From an uncultured delta proteobacterium (GTDB lineage Bacteria > Desulfobacterota > Binatia > UBA9968), in contig CAVYTU010000012.1 in assembly GCA_963771465.1 (NCBI GenBank), positions 128,001 through 192,000 of the forward strand: DNA of 64,000 nt, written 5' to 3'. This document shows positions 39,895 through 50,465 of the stretch, piece after piece (positions within the stretch are counted from its first letter, which is position 1; each line of letters starts with the position of its first letter). The notes beneath the pieces were generated by a model. It saw only the letters and a list, made by a program, of their open reading frames with translations. It ran no database searches and was not told the DNA's origin. The position numbers and the translations under genes are program-made.

Positions 39895-39994
39895 TTTTCT
39901 TAAAACTGTTCGAGAGTTCAAGCGTTCAAGGTTCAATGCTAGACCACTTCCGATCAAACCTTGAACTTTTGAACAGGATTTAATCGCGGCTGCT

Positions 39995-40993
39995 TCACTT
40001 TCGGTACAAATTTTTAATAAACCCCGAATCTTCGAGTTCTTTGACAAACCGCGAGTCGATGTAGTCTTTGACATTGGCTTGCGCTGCTTTGGGATTTTTC
40101 TCCGCCAGATCTTGCAGCACAAGCTGATAGCCGTCGATTGGCGCGTAGGGCGCGTCGGGCATAAACTTGGCGTGCCAGTCCCAGGCCTCTTCGAGAAACT
40201 TGCGATCATCCACGCGGGAATATTTTCTCATGATCTTAAATACGTCTTCTTTGTGGGTTTTATAAAAATAGATCGCCTCGGTGTAGGCGCGTAGGTAGCG
40301 GCGTACCAGGTCTGGATTCTCTCGGATCAACTTGGTCGAGGTGTAAACACCGTTTTGCGGAAACGGGATTTGCAGTGCGACCATATCGACGACGGTGGGA
40401 TAGCCGAGCTTCTCCGCCTGAGATTTTCCGGCTTCGGTCACTACAGTGAATTGTACGATGCCTTTTTGCAACGCCACCATGCGCTCGAGGGAGCCGCCGA
40501 TGACGCGCAAATTGACGTCCTTCAGCGGGTCGATGCCGATTTTCTTCAGGCCGACTTTAAGGGCAAATTCTGCCGTCGTGCCGGCGATATGATTGCCGCC
40601 GATTTTGCCTTTAAGCTCCTCGGGCTTTTTGATGCTCGGATGCGCGACGAGATAATAGGGTAACACATTGACGTTGCCGGCGATGGCGATGACGTCGCCG
40701 CCGGCAAGCCGCGCGCTCGCGAGACCGGGGCCGCCGCCTTCGCCGATGGGAATTTCTGCCGCGAGAATTGACTGAATGCCGCGTACGCTGCCGGAGATGA
40801 AAATAACGGTGGCGTCGATGCCGTGCTTTTCGAAGATACGCGTATCTTTGGCGACCTGAAGGACGGTGGACGACCCCGGTGTGGTGGAAATGTAGGCGGT
40901 GTTGAGCTTGTCCGCGGCAAGGCTAGGTTGGGCGACATTTTGGATTGCCGCAACGACGCTCCACACGGTAATTAGACGCGCAATGTCTTTCAT
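39995..40993 (-). CDS. ABC substrate-binding protein, NMT1/SsuA-like
   Basis: Signal peptide, IFEKHGID, SIKKPEELKGK, YIDSRFVKELEDSGFI. Confidence 0.85.
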   Translation of the reverse strand: MKDIARLITVWSVVAAIQNVAQPSLAADKLNTAYISTTPGSSTVLQVAKDTRIFEKHGIDATVIFISGSVRGIQSILAAEIPIGEGGGPGLASARLAGGDVIAIAGNVNVLPYYLVAHPSIKKPEELKGKIGGNHIAGTTAEFALKVGLKKIGIDPLKDVNLRVIGGSLERMVALQKGIVQFTVVTEAGKSQAEKLGYPTVVDMVALQIPFPQNGVYTSTKLIRENPDLVRRYLRAYTEAIYFYKTHKEDVFKIMRKYSRVDDRKFLEEAWDWHAKFMPDAPYAPIDGYQLVLQDLAEKNPKAAQANVKDYIDSRFVKELEDSGFIKNLYRK

Positions 40994-41109
40994 TCCGGAC
41001 CTCCAGAACTGACCCTGTGGCGAACCGAGTTAACCGTATAACAACCGGCGGCTCGAGACAAAGCCTGGCGCGTTGACATCGCGGCCAAATTAAACTTCAA
41101 TCGGCGCTG

Positions 41110-41757
41110 ATGAAAAAATCCGTTGATTTAGTCATGTTCGACCTCGATGGGACGTTGGCCGATACCGGCCACGATCTGGCAGATTCGGTGAACTTCACGC
41201 GGGCGCATTTTCAATTGTCCGGGTTACCGGAACAGTCGGTTTACTCGAACGTTGGCCGTGGCGTCGAACATCTGCTTAAGCAGTCGTTGCCCGAACAAAC
41301 AGCGGGTCATTTCGATGAGGCGATGCGGGTCTTTCTCACCCACTACGAAGCGCATCTGCTCGACCGCACGGTGCTTTATCCGGGAGTGCGTGAAGTGTTG
41401 AGCTATTTTCGCGGCAAGCGCCGGTTGGTGGTGAGCAACAAGATTCATCGGTTGACGCTGGCGGTGCTGCGCGGGCTTGGTGTCGCTGGCGAGTTCGATG
41501 CGATTTTCGGCGGCGATAGCGCGGCTGAGAAGAAGCCGCACCCGGCGTTGTTACATTTGGCGCTGGAGCAATTTCAAATTTCCCCGGCGAGCGCCTTGAT
41601 GATCGGCGATGGTGATACCGATATCCAAGCCGGCAAGCGCGCCGGCGTGGCGACCTGCGGCGTGACCTACGGTCTCGGTAACAAGAACGATTTGCTGGCG
41701 GCTCAACCCGATGTTTTGATCGAGCGCATCGGCGACCTGCCGAATTATTTTTGTTGA
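41110..41757 (+). CDS. HAD hydrolase, phosphoglycolate phosphatase-like
   Basis: FDLDGTLADT, SNK, KKPHP, MIGDGDTD. Confidence 0.9.
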   Translation: MKKSVDLVMFDLDGTLADTGHDLADSVNFTRAHFQLSGLPEQSVYSNVGRGVEHLLKQSLPEQTAGHFDEAMRVFLTHYEAHLLDRTVLYPGVREVLSYFRGKRRLVVSNKIHRLTLAVLRGLGVAGEFDAIFGGDSAAEKKPHPALLHLALEQFQISPASALMIGDGDTDIQAGKRAGVATCGVTYGLGNKNDLLAAQPDVLIERIGDLPNYFC

Positions 41758-41788
41758 GGTAGATACGATTCTACCAAGGAGGAATTTT

Positions 41789-42202
41789 ACGGCGGAAATC
41801 CCGGAAAGTTTTAGAGACTTGTTTGCCAAGAAATCCTTTGCTCATTTGGCGACCAACATGAGCGACGGCCGGCCGCAGGTTACGCCGGTGTGGATCGACT
41901 TTGACGGCGCATATATTCTCGTCAATTCGGCCACCGGCCGGGTCAAAGATAAGAATTTGCGACGTGACGGTCGTGTCGCCGTGTCGATTCTCGACCCCGA
42001 CAATCCCTATCGCTATCTTTCGATTTTGGGCGAGGTGGTGGAAGTCACTCAGAAAGGCGCTGATGAGCATATCGATAAGCTGGCGAAAAGATACTTGGGG
42101 CAAGAAAAGTATCCCATCCACCGACCGGGAGAAGCGCGAGTGATTTACAAAATCCGGCCGGAGAAAGTTTCCACCCACAACCAAACCCGGATTGCGCAGT
42201 AG
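41789..42202 (+). CDS. PPOX class (probable F420-dependent) oxidoreductase; ACG at the expected start position
   Basis: AHLAT, GRPQVTPVW, KDKNLRRDGRVAVSI, NPYRYL; AAGGAGG 6 nt before ACG-AEIPESFRDLF. Confidence 0.8.
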   Translation, partial: TAEIPESFRDLFAKKSFAHLATNMSDGRPQVTPVWIDFDGAYILVNSATGRVKDKNLRRDGRVAVSILDPDNPYRYLSILGEVVEVTQKGADEHIDKLAKRYLGQEKYPIHRPGEARVIYKIRPEKVSTHNQTRIAQ

Positions 42203-42332
42203 AAATTGAAGCGCCACGCTCGGCGCACCCAATTACTTCACTGCGGAAAACGCGCTAAAACGACCCGATGCGATCGCGTCCCGCGCTGCGCCGGCTTTCT
42301 GGTACGTATTAGCGCGCTCCCAGAAGGCCGTC

Positions 42333-43745
42333 TTAGGCCACGGCGCAGGCTGATGCGCTCTGGCTGGAGAACTTATTCAATGCGGCGAGGGCGGCGACTT
42401 TATAGCATTCCGCTAGGGTGGGATAATTGAACACCGTGTCGATAAAATAGTCGAGCTTGCCGCCATGCGCCATGACCGCTTGGCCTATGTGCACCAGTTC
42501 GGTGGCGCCTTCACCGATCACGTGGACGCCGAGGAGCTGGCGGGTCTCGCTGTGGAAAAGCAGTTTGAGCATGCCGACCGTGTCGCCGATGATCTGACCG
42601 CGAGCGATTTCGCGGTAGCGCGCGACACCGACCTCATAGGGCACACCGTCGCTGGTAAGCTCATCCTCATTGCGCCCGACCATGGAAATCTCTGGAATAG
42701 TATAAATGCCGTAAGGCAAAAGATGCGTCGAGGTTTCGCAGTTCAAACCGAAGGCGTGACAGGCGGCGTGGCGGCCTTGTTGCATTGAAGTGGAAGCCAA
42801 CGCGGGGAAGCCGACAACATCGCCGACGGCGTAAATGTGCGCCCTGTCGGTTTGGAAGTTGGCATTAACTTTCAGCCGCCCACGCTCGTCCGGCTTGATA
42901 CCGATGGCTTGCAGATTCAAACTGTCGGTGGCACCGATGCGGCCCACCGAATAGACCAACAATGGCGCGCCGATTTTCTTACCGCTTTTGAGGTGAATCG
43001 ATACCGAATTGTCGGCGGATTTTTGCACGCCCACAACTTCTTCATTGAAACGCAGCGTGATGCCGATGTTGCGCATTTGATATTGCAGCGCTTCGATAAT
43101 TTCGCTGTCGACGAATTCCAGCAACCGCGACCGCTTCTCCACGAGCACGACCGGAATTCCCAAGGTTGCCAAGATACAAGCGTACTCGCAGCCGATGACT
43201 CCCGCGCCGACGATGGTCATCGATCGGGGTAACTGTTTCAGCGTCAAGAGCCCGTCGCTATCGATGACCGACTCCTCGTCAAAGGGGATTTCCGCCGGAC
43301 GCGCCGACTCGGTGCCGACGGCAACAACGATGTAGTCTGCGGTGTGCTCGTTGGATTCGGAATCTTGTTTGATCGATAGCCGGTGCGGATCGAGGAACGA
43401 CGCCGCGCCGACGATAAAGTCTACTGAATTTCTCGTCAGTTGGTTTTGAATGACTTCTTGCTCGGCTTTGACCACGTGATCACAACGCTGGGCGAGGTCC
43501 TGGAAGGTAATATCTTTTTTAACCCGATAACTCGCACCGTAAAGGGCGCGCTGGCGAAATCCTGAGAGAAACATGACCGCCTCGCGCAGCGACTTACTCG
43601 GAATCGTGCCGATATTTATGCAGATACCGCCGACGACTTTCTTGCGCTCGATGACGCCGACTTTTTTGCCGACTTTGGCCGCCTGGATCGCCGCCTTCTG
43701 GCCCGCGGGGCCGGAGCCGATCACCAACATGTCATAGTGGGCCAT
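42333..43745 (-). CDS. sthA: Soluble pyridine nucleotide transhydrogenase
   Basis: GSGPAG, GTIPSKSLRE, GFPALASTSMQQGR, FNYPTLAECYKVAA. Confidence 0.9.
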   Translation of the reverse strand: MAHYDMLVIGSGPAGQKAAIQAAKVGKKVGVIERKKVVGGICINIGTIPSKSLREAVMFLSGFRQRALYGASYRVKKDITFQDLAQRCDHVVKAEQEVIQNQLTRNSVDFIVGAASFLDPHRLSIKQDSESNEHTADYIVVAVGTESARPAEIPFDEESVIDSDGLLTLKQLPRSMTIVGAGVIGCEYACILATLGIPVVLVEKRSRLLEFVDSEIIEALQYQMRNIGITLRFNEEVVGVQKSADNSVSIHLKSGKKIGAPLLVYSVGRIGATDSLNLQAIGIKPDERGRLKVNANFQTDRAHIYAVGDVVGFPALASTSMQQGRHAACHAFGLNCETSTHLLPYGIYTIPEISMVGRNEDELTSDGVPYEVGVARYREIARGQIIGDTVGMLKLLFHSETRQLLGVHVIGEGATELVHIGQAVMAHGGKLDYFIDTVFNYPTLAECYKVAALAALNKFSSQSASACAVA

Positions 43746-43770
43746 GTGCGTTCCTCGTTATAGGCGTCGT

Positions 43771-44721
43771 TCAAAGTTGCGTGGCGAGCCCGCTGCTTTT
43801 CAGCCTTTTATAGGCCTCGAAGCCGATGGCGACATCCATGATGCCGCTGCCCTGAAGTTTGAAAAGAGTAATTTGCCGATCGTCGTTGCGCCCGGCGGCT
43901 GTGTCGAGAAGCAAGCTCGAAATTTCGTGGACCTTGTCCCAGGTGATCACTTTGTCACGCACGGCGCGGAAAATATCGCTTTCGTTGACGCATACCGTCT
44001 CTTTGGACGTGACGAAAATTGGCTCGGCCCGGCGCAGGACCGTATCATCAAGTTCCTGGCGCGTACGGGTCTTATCACCGTTGGCGATCGACGTAATGTG
44101 CATACCTTGCTTCAAGCTGTCGCCGTCAAAGACGGGCGTCCGCGAATTCGTTGCCGTAATGAGGATATCGGCGTCGGCCATCGCTGCGTCAGCGCTTTCG
44201 GCGGCGTGGACCGGAATGCCAACTTCCCGTGCCATTTTTGCGGCGAAGGCCGCACGCCGCTCCGGCGTCGGGCTGAAAACCCAGGCTGCCGTTAATTTTC
44301 TGACAGCGGCGACCGCTTTGAGCTGGGCTTCGGCGTGCACCGCACTGCCCAAAACCGCGATGTGGCTGGCGTCGGCGCGGGCGAGATATTTCGCGCCAAT
44401 GCCGCCGGCGGCGCCGGTGCGGCACTCGTTGATCGAACAGTCTTGAAAAAGTATCAGGGGCTCGCCCGTATCGACGCTGAAGATCATGATGTTTTCGTGG
44501 TGGATGCGGCGGTCTAAGTCGGTCTGGATATAAGCGCCCATGGCGCCGTGCACCGAGCCGGGCAGGATGCCGAGAATCATCCGGTTCGGATGGTGTATGC
44601 GCCGCCGCGGCAGCTCAAAGCCGCGCCCGACGGCGACCTCTTTGAGTGTGTCTTCGATCGCCACGATCATCTCAGCCATAGAAAGAATCTGATTGATCGG
44701 CGTGTTTTTGAGGAAGAGCAT
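43771..44721 (-). CDS. Ornithine cyclodeaminase / mu-crystallin family protein
   Basis: RTGAAGGIGAKYLAR, ATNSRTP, ITLFKLQG. Confidence 0.85.
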   Translation of the reverse strand: MLFLKNTPINQILSMAEMIVAIEDTLKEVAVGRGFELPRRRIHHPNRMILGILPGSVHGAMGAYIQTDLDRRIHHENIMIFSVDTGEPLILFQDCSINECRTGAAGGIGAKYLARADASHIAVLGSAVHAEAQLKAVAAVRKLTAAWVFSPTPERRAAFAAKMAREVGIPVHAAESADAAMADADILITATNSRTPVFDGDSLKQGMHITSIANGDKTRTRQELDDTVLRRAEPIFVTSKETVCVNESDIFRAVRDKVITWDKVHEISSLLLDTAAGRNDDRQITLFKLQGSGIMDVAIGFEAYKRLKSSGLATQL

Positions 44722-45107
44722 AGTGCTTGCGGCCCTGGAGGTGGAATACTCCAGCGCCAAAGAAGTCGTCAAGGTAAACTAGGTGAAATCCATGTGACGT
44801 GGTGTGTAATGGCGTTCTCTGGGAACAATGCTAACAGCTCTTCATGACTCTTTACACTGACGTGGCTTTTTGGGTTGCGGGACAATTCACATTCAACTCC
44901 CGTAGTCGTGCCATTTGCGTGAATCTTTGTGCTAGCTAGATTTGCCCGCGCAGCCAGCCGGGCGTGACTGGGATTTTGTGATCTCGGAACTGGCTCCTAA
45001 TTAACATGCCAGCCTGGCAATATTACCGCATCGGGTGGGAGTCCGCTATAAATAAATGGCGCCCCCATCGGGAGGAGGCGTCAGTGAATAGAGATGCGGG
45101 CTAGTGC

Positions 45108-45782
45108 TTATTGTGAGGCCAGGCGCGATTCGAGTCGGCGCGCGTAGCGCGACATCGAATAGCTGCAGAGCCAGTAGACGAGTGCGATGAAAAGATAGAG
45201 CTCGAAGGGACGGATTTCGCGGTTGTTGACGATCTGGGCGGCTTTGGTGAGATCGACATAGCCGATAATTGATGCAAGCGAGGTGTCTTTGACTAGGACG
45301 ATGAACTGGGTGACGAGGGCGGGAATCATATTGCGCAGCGCTTGCGGCAAGATCACGTGGCGCATCAATCGGACGTCACTCAGGCCGGTGGCGGTGGCGG
45401 CTTCGACTTGGCCGCGCGGCACCGACTGAATACCGGCGCGGACGATCTCCGCCAAATAGGCGGCTTCGAAAATCACAAAGGCTGCGAGCGCGACGCTGTA
45501 TTCCGGTAAAGACTTTCCGACCAGCGCGGGAATCATAAACCAGAACCAAAAAATCACCATCACCAGCGGCACGCCGCGAAATAGTTCGACATAAACTTTT
45601 GCCGGCCAATTGAGCCAGCGGCGGCGTGACAAACGGGCCAGGCCGACCAGTGTGCCGAGAACTGACCCAAGCACGATGGCGGGGACTGCCAAGCGCAACG
45701 TCCCGCCGGTGAAAGCGCCGATACCGAGAAAACCCTGGACGATTAAGAAGACAAAATTATTGACGATGACCTGGTAATCCAT
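45108..45782 (-). CDS. Polar amino acid ABC permease
   Basis: FRGVPL, AEIVRAGI, KDTSL. Confidence 0.9.
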   Translation of the reverse strand: MDYQVIVNNFVFLIVQGFLGIGAFTGGTLRLAVPAIVLGSVLGTLVGLARLSRRRWLNWPAKVYVELFRGVPLVMVIFWFWFMIPALVGKSLPEYSVALAAFVIFEAAYLAEIVRAGIQSVPRGQVEAATATGLSDVRLMRHVILPQALRNMIPALVTQFIVLVKDTSLASIIGYVDLTKAAQIVNNREIRPFELYLFIALVYWLCSYSMSRYARRLESRLASQ

Positions 45783-45783
45783 C

Positions 45784-46509
45784 TCAACCTTCGCCGGATT
45801 GGCCTTGCACGATCATGCCGGGTATCGCCACGCGTTTTTCGACGTAGGACAGGATCGTCGAAATGGTTAGGCAAAGTATGAAATAGATTAGCGTCCCCGC
45901 GACCAAAGCTTCAAAGGCCTTGGCAGTGTAAGTCTCAATCTGTCGGGTTTGAAAGGTCAGCTCGGCGACGCCGATAGTGAGCGCCACCGAGGAATTCTTC
46001 AGCAAATTAACCGTTTCGTTGGTCGCGGGCGGGATGATCAATCGTAGTGCGATCGGTATGATGATCAGCCGATAGGATTGCGCGACGGTAAGCCCAGTGG
46101 ACTTGGCGGCCTCGAGTTGAGTTTTCGGGATTGATTGGATGCCGGCGCGCATGACTTCGGAGAAGCGTGCGCCGTGATACACGCCCAGAGCGAAAACTCC
46201 GGCCCAGAACTCTACGCCATGTTCAAATAACCAGTTTTGGATGGCTTCGGGTAGCAGTGGCGGCACGCCGAAGTACCAGAAAAACATCCACACCAATAAC
46301 GGTACGTTGCGAAAAAACTCGACATAGCCAGCGGCCAGCCAGCGCAGCGGCGCCAAGGGCAGGGTGCGCAAAGCGCCGGAGAGAATGCCAAGAATGACGG
46401 CGAGCGCCAAGCCGTAAACGAAAATTTGCAGAGTGGTGATAACTCCCTGAAGTAACCAGCCGCCCGACTGACCGCTCCATAGGACGCTCCAGTTGAATTG
46501 ATAATTCAT
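45784..46509 (-). CDS. Polar amino acid ABC permease
   Basis: FRNVPLL, EVMRAGI, KNSSV. Confidence 0.9.
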   Translation of the reverse strand: MNYQFNWSVLWSGQSGGWLLQGVITTLQIFVYGLALAVILGILSGALRTLPLAPLRWLAAGYVEFFRNVPLLVWMFFWYFGVPPLLPEAIQNWLFEHGVEFWAGVFALGVYHGARFSEVMRAGIQSIPKTQLEAAKSTGLTVAQSYRLIIIPIALRLIIPPATNETVNLLKNSSVALTIGVAELTFQTRQIETYTAKAFEALVAGTLIYFILCLTISTILSYVEKRVAIPGMIVQGQSGEG

Positions 46510-46551
46510 GAAGGTAGTCCTGAATGCAGAGTCCTGAGACCGAATCGGAAA

Positions 46552-46803
46552 CTAGCCCGGAAGATTCGCGGTAAAACTGCGATCGGGGTGCAACCCTTCC
46601 GGAACGAAGGCAAAGCAGTCGTACTTTGAAAGTGCAGGCGACGAAAGTTGCTTTTGAGATCAGCAGTGAAAAGGTCAAACATCGTGTGCCGAGCGCCGAA
46701 CGCAGAACGAAACATTCGCGCCGGTGCCTTCGTCCCTCCAGGGTCACACCCCGATCAAGCGAGTGTCGTCACGTTTCCTCGGAGCATGAATAATTTGGGC
46801 GAG
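46552..46803. mobile_element. Non-autonomous MITE-like structured repeat, copy B (degenerate right end)
   Basis: CTAGCCCGGAAGATTC ... GAATAATTTGGGCGAG; homologous to copies A and C along its whole length. Confidence 0.75.
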
Positions 46804-46851
46804 GACTTCTTTCAGCTCCGATCGCCGCACTCGGAACTCATTACTTAGCAC

Positions 46852-47706
46852 TTATTTCGGCACAACTTGCAGTTGCAAGAAGCGTTTGTTTTCCGGCGTG
46901 AGCGGGTAGGGGACTTCGGCTTTGGCGCCGAACCATTTGTCGTAGATTTGAAAATATAGCCCGGATGAGATCGCGTCCATGAGTCCGACGTTGACCGCTT
47001 GGCGAAAATCCGAATCGTTCTTGCGCATCGCCATGCCGTAGGGTTCGTATGTGAAAAAATCACCGATCACCGCCCAGTCGTCGGGTTTGGGCGCTTTAGC
47101 TTTCAAACCGGCGAGCTGAATGCCGTCGTTGGTGTAGGCTTCGACTTGCTTCTGAGCCAATGCCTGAAAGGCCGCCGGCTGGTCGGGGAACTCGACTAGT
47201 TTCGCTGTCGGCGCTCGCTCGCGCACGATCTTGGCATTGGTCGAGCCTTGCTGCGCGGCAATACGCTTGCCGGCGATGCTCTGGATGCCTTTGATCGGGC
47301 TGCCTTTGCGCACGAGAAATTGCGCGCCGGTGGAGAAAAACGTCACGCTGAAATCGACTTGGTCGCGCCGCGATTGGGTATCGGTCATGGTTTCCGCGAT
47401 CAAATCGACGGCATTGGAGGTGAGCAGCGGAATGCGCGTTGGCGGCGCCGATTCTTTTTTCTCGACTTTGATCGGCTTATTGAGTTTCTTGCTCAGCGCT
47501 GGAACGATCGCCTGCTCGACCAGCTCGATGGAGAAGCCGACCCACTCGTTATTCTTATTGACGTACGCGAAGGGTGGCGAGCCGGTGCGTGTGCCGATGA
47601 TCAGTGTGCCGCTCTTGTCGATTTTTTCCAGGGTGCTTTGCGCGTTGGCCAAACTACCGAAGCCGGTGACTAACGCGATGACGCCGACGATCAAGCATCG
47701 TTTCAT
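46852..47706 (-). CDS. Glutamate/aspartate-type amino acid ABC substrate-binding protein
   Basis: SPPFAY, TRIPLL, QVDFS, EPYGMAMRKND. Confidence 0.88.
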   Translation of the reverse strand: MKRCLIVGVIALVTGFGSLANAQSTLEKIDKSGTLIIGTRTGSPPFAYVNKNNEWVGFSIELVEQAIVPALSKKLNKPIKVEKKESAPPTRIPLLTSNAVDLIAETMTDTQSRRDQVDFSVTFFSTGAQFLVRKGSPIKGIQSIAGKRIAAQQGSTNAKIVRERAPTAKLVEFPDQPAAFQALAQKQVEAYTNDGIQLAGLKAKAPKPDDWAVIGDFFTYEPYGMAMRKNDSDFRQAVNVGLMDAISSGLYFQIYDKWFGAKAEVPYPLTPENKRFLQLQVVPK

Positions 47707-47715
47707 GGAATTCCC

Positions 47716-48444
47716 TCAGTGTGACAGGATTTTGCTCAGAAATTGTTTTGCTCTCGGTGACTGCGGTGCGGCGAAGAATTTTTCCGGCTCACTCGCTTCA
47801 ATGATCTGACCCTGGTCCATGAATATTATACGGTGCGCGACGCGCCGGGCAAATCCCATCTCGTGCGTCACCACGGCCATGGTCATGCCGTCGCGGGCTA
47901 GGTCGGTCATGACTTCCAAAACCTCATTGATCATTTCCGGATCGAGAGCCGACGTCGGCTCGTCGAAGAGCATGACTTTCGGTTTCATCGCCAACGCGCG
48001 GGCGATGGCGACGCGCTGCTGTTGGCCGCCCGACAGATTGGCCGGATAGGCGTTCGCCTTGTCGGGAATGCCGACCCGTTCCAGAAGCTCGCTGGCGACT
48101 TTCTCCGCCGTGGCCTTGTCGAGACCTTTTACTTTCATCGGTGCGAGAGTGATATTTTGCCGCACGGTCATATGCGGGTAGAGATTGAACGACTGAAACA
48201 CCATGCCGACATTGGCGCGCAGCTTGGCGGCATCAAGATTGGCGTCGGCGAGCGATAGGCCGTCGACGATGATATCGCCGGACTGAATCGTTTCCAAGCG
48301 ATTGATGCAACGGATCAACGTGCTCTTGCCGCTGCCGCTCGGGCCGCAAACCACCACTACGTTGCCCGCGTCAATAGTGAGATTGATGTCGTTTAAGACA
48401 TGCAGCGCGCCGAACCATTTGTTGACTTGACGAAATTGAATCAC
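47716..48444 (-). CDS. Polar amino acid ABC ATP-binding protein
   Basis: [35 protein letters not shown]. Confidence 0.93.
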   Translation of the reverse strand: MIQFRQVNKWFGALHVLNDINLTIDAGNVVVVCGPSGSGKSTLIRCINRLETIQSGDIIVDGLSLADANLDAAKLRANVGMVFQSFNLYPHMTVRQNITLAPMKVKGLDKATAEKVASELLERVGIPDKANAYPANLSGGQQQRVAIARALAMKPKVMLFDEPTSALDPEMINEVLEVMTDLARDGMTMAVVTHEMGFARRVAHRIIFMDQGQIIEASEPEKFFAAPQSPRAKQFLSKILSH

Positions 48445-48646
48445 GGCGATAGTTCGGGTCGAAAAGATTGCAAACTGCTGGTCGGCATACTATATGAACA
48501 AGGTCATTTTGCAATAACATTTTCACGTGGATTCTCGCTCAAACAGCGGCCAATCTGCTGTCCATGCGCGCGGTCGTGCTGAGGCGCGATGAGTCGGTGA
48601 AGTTCTGCGATTCTAGACATCAGCAAAAATGGAGGTACGGCCGGCA

Positions 48647-49096
48647 GTGCGCTGCTATTTAGTCCGTCACGGCGATGCGTTATCTGCGCACGTCGATCCC
48701 GAGCGACCGCTGTCGCACCGTGGCCGGGAAGAAGTCGCTGCGTTGGGACGGATGGCGCTAGGCCGAAACGTTCAAGTCGGCGAGATTTGTCATTCCGGAA
48801 TTCGCCGCGCCCGTGAAACGGCTGAGATTTTGGCGCGCTCTCTAATGCCGCCGGGCGGCGTACGGCAGATCGCCGGTTTATTGCCGGACGACGATCCGGA
48901 GCTCGGCAAAGCCGAATTGGAATTGGTTGATGAGCCGGTCATGTGGGTTGGCCATTTGCCCTACATGAATCGGCTCGCGGCGTCGTTGGTCGCTGGCGCC
49001 CCAGCGGTGGAATTTATACCCGCGATGATGATCTGTTGCAGCAAAAACGGCGCACACTGGCGCCTCGAATGGCGTCTTGCGCCGGCGCTTGAGTGA
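48647..49096 (+). CDS. sixA: Phosphohistidine phosphatase SixA
   Basis: YLVRHGDA, RPLS, HSGIRRARETA, VGHLP. Confidence 0.8.
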   Translation: MRCYLVRHGDALSAHVDPERPLSHRGREEVAALGRMALGRNVQVGEICHSGIRRARETAEILARSLMPPGGVRQIAGLLPDDDPELGKAELELVDEPVMWVGHLPYMNRLAASLVAGAPAVEFIPAMMICCSKNGAHWRLEWRLAPALE

Positions 49097-49175
49097 CTCG
49101 CAGTTGACCGGCGTAAGGGGATGGTCTAAAAAGAAAAACGTGATGTGAGAAGTGTAGTAGGGAAAGGTAGAAACC

Positions 49176-50462
49176 ATGGCCTCAGAGACCTTAACCATAA
49201 CCGACAACCGGACCGGCAAGCAGTACGAGATACCGATCAAAAACGGCGCCATCAAGGCGACGGATTTGTTCCAAATCAAACTCACTGAGGATGATGGTAT
49301 CGTCAGTTACGACCCCGGCTTCATGAATACGGCTTCGTGCCAAAGCCGAATCACTTATATCGACGGTGACAAAGGCATCCTGCGCTATCGCGGCTACCCG
49401 ATCGAGCAGATCGCCGAGAAAAGCACCTATTTAGAGACCGCCTATTTGATTCTCTACGGCGAGTTGCCGACCCAATCGCAGCTTGAGGATTGGACCCGTC
49501 ACGTCACGATTCACTCCATCGTGCATGAAAATATTCGTAAGCTGATCGATCGTTTCCACTACGACGCTCATCCCATGGGTATGCTGGTGAGCGCGGCCGG
49601 CGCGCTGTCGACTTTTTATCCCAGCGCAAAGAAAATTTTCGATCTACAGTCGCGCAAGGATCAAACCTATCGGTTGATCGGCAAAATGCCGACGTTAGCG
49701 GCTTTTGCCTATCGTCATAGCTTAGGTCTGCCTTACGTTTATCCCGATAACGATCTGAGCTACACGGGAAATTTCTTGAGCATGCTGTTCAAGATGACCG
49801 AGCTCAAGTATAAGCCCAATCCCGTGTTGGAGAAGGCGTTGGACGTGCTTTTTATTTTGCACGCCGATCATGAACAGAACTGTAGTGCCAATGCTATGCG
49901 GAGCGTAGGCAGCTCCCAAGTCGATCCCTATTCTTCAATCGCCGCCGCAGCGGCGGCGCTCTATGGCCCGCTCCACGGCGGCGCTAACGAAGCGGTGCTC
50001 AGGATGCTCATGGAGATCGGCTCCAAGGACAAGGTTCCTGAATTTATTAAACAGGTCAAAGGCGGCTCGGGCCGGTTGATGGGTTTCGGTCATAGAGTCT
50101 ACAAGAACTATGATCCGCGGGCGCGAATTATTAAGCAGGTTGCCGATCAGGTGTTTGAAGTAACCGGACGCAACCCGTTGCTTGATATCGCGCTGGAGCT
50201 CGAGCGCATCGCGCTGTCCGACGATTACTTCATCAAGCGCAAGCTCTATCCCAACGTCGATTTTTATTCCGGCTTGATCTATCAGTCCATGGGATTGCCG
50301 ATGGATATGTTTCCGGTGCTGTTTGCGATCCCGCGAACTTCAGGGTGGATCGCGCAGTGGGAAGAGATGTTAACCGATCCGGAGCAAAAACTGGCTAGAC
50401 CGAAGCAAGTTTACCTTGGCGCCGGTGTTCGCGACTACGTGGTGATGGATAAACGGAAGTAA
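49176..50462 (+). CDS. gltA: Citrate synthase
   Basis: YDPGFMNT, LHADHEQNCS, GPLHGGAN, MGFGHRVYK, YPNVDFYSG. Confidence 0.95.
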   Translation: MASETLTITDNRTGKQYEIPIKNGAIKATDLFQIKLTEDDGIVSYDPGFMNTASCQSRITYIDGDKGILRYRGYPIEQIAEKSTYLETAYLILYGELPTQSQLEDWTRHVTIHSIVHENIRKLIDRFHYDAHPMGMLVSAAGALSTFYPSAKKIFDLQSRKDQTYRLIGKMPTLAAFAYRHSLGLPYVYPDNDLSYTGNFLSMLFKMTELKYKPNPVLEKALDVLFILHADHEQNCSANAMRSVGSSQVDPYSSIAAAAAALYGPLHGGANEAVLRMLMEIGSKDKVPEFIKQVKGGSGRLMGFGHRVYKNYDPRARIIKQVADQVFEVTGRNPLLDIALELERIALSDDYFIKRKLYPNVDFYSGLIYQSMGLPMDMFPVLFAIPRTSGWIAQWEEMLTDPEQKLARPKQVYLGAGVRDYVVMDKRK

Positions 50463-50465
50463 ATT

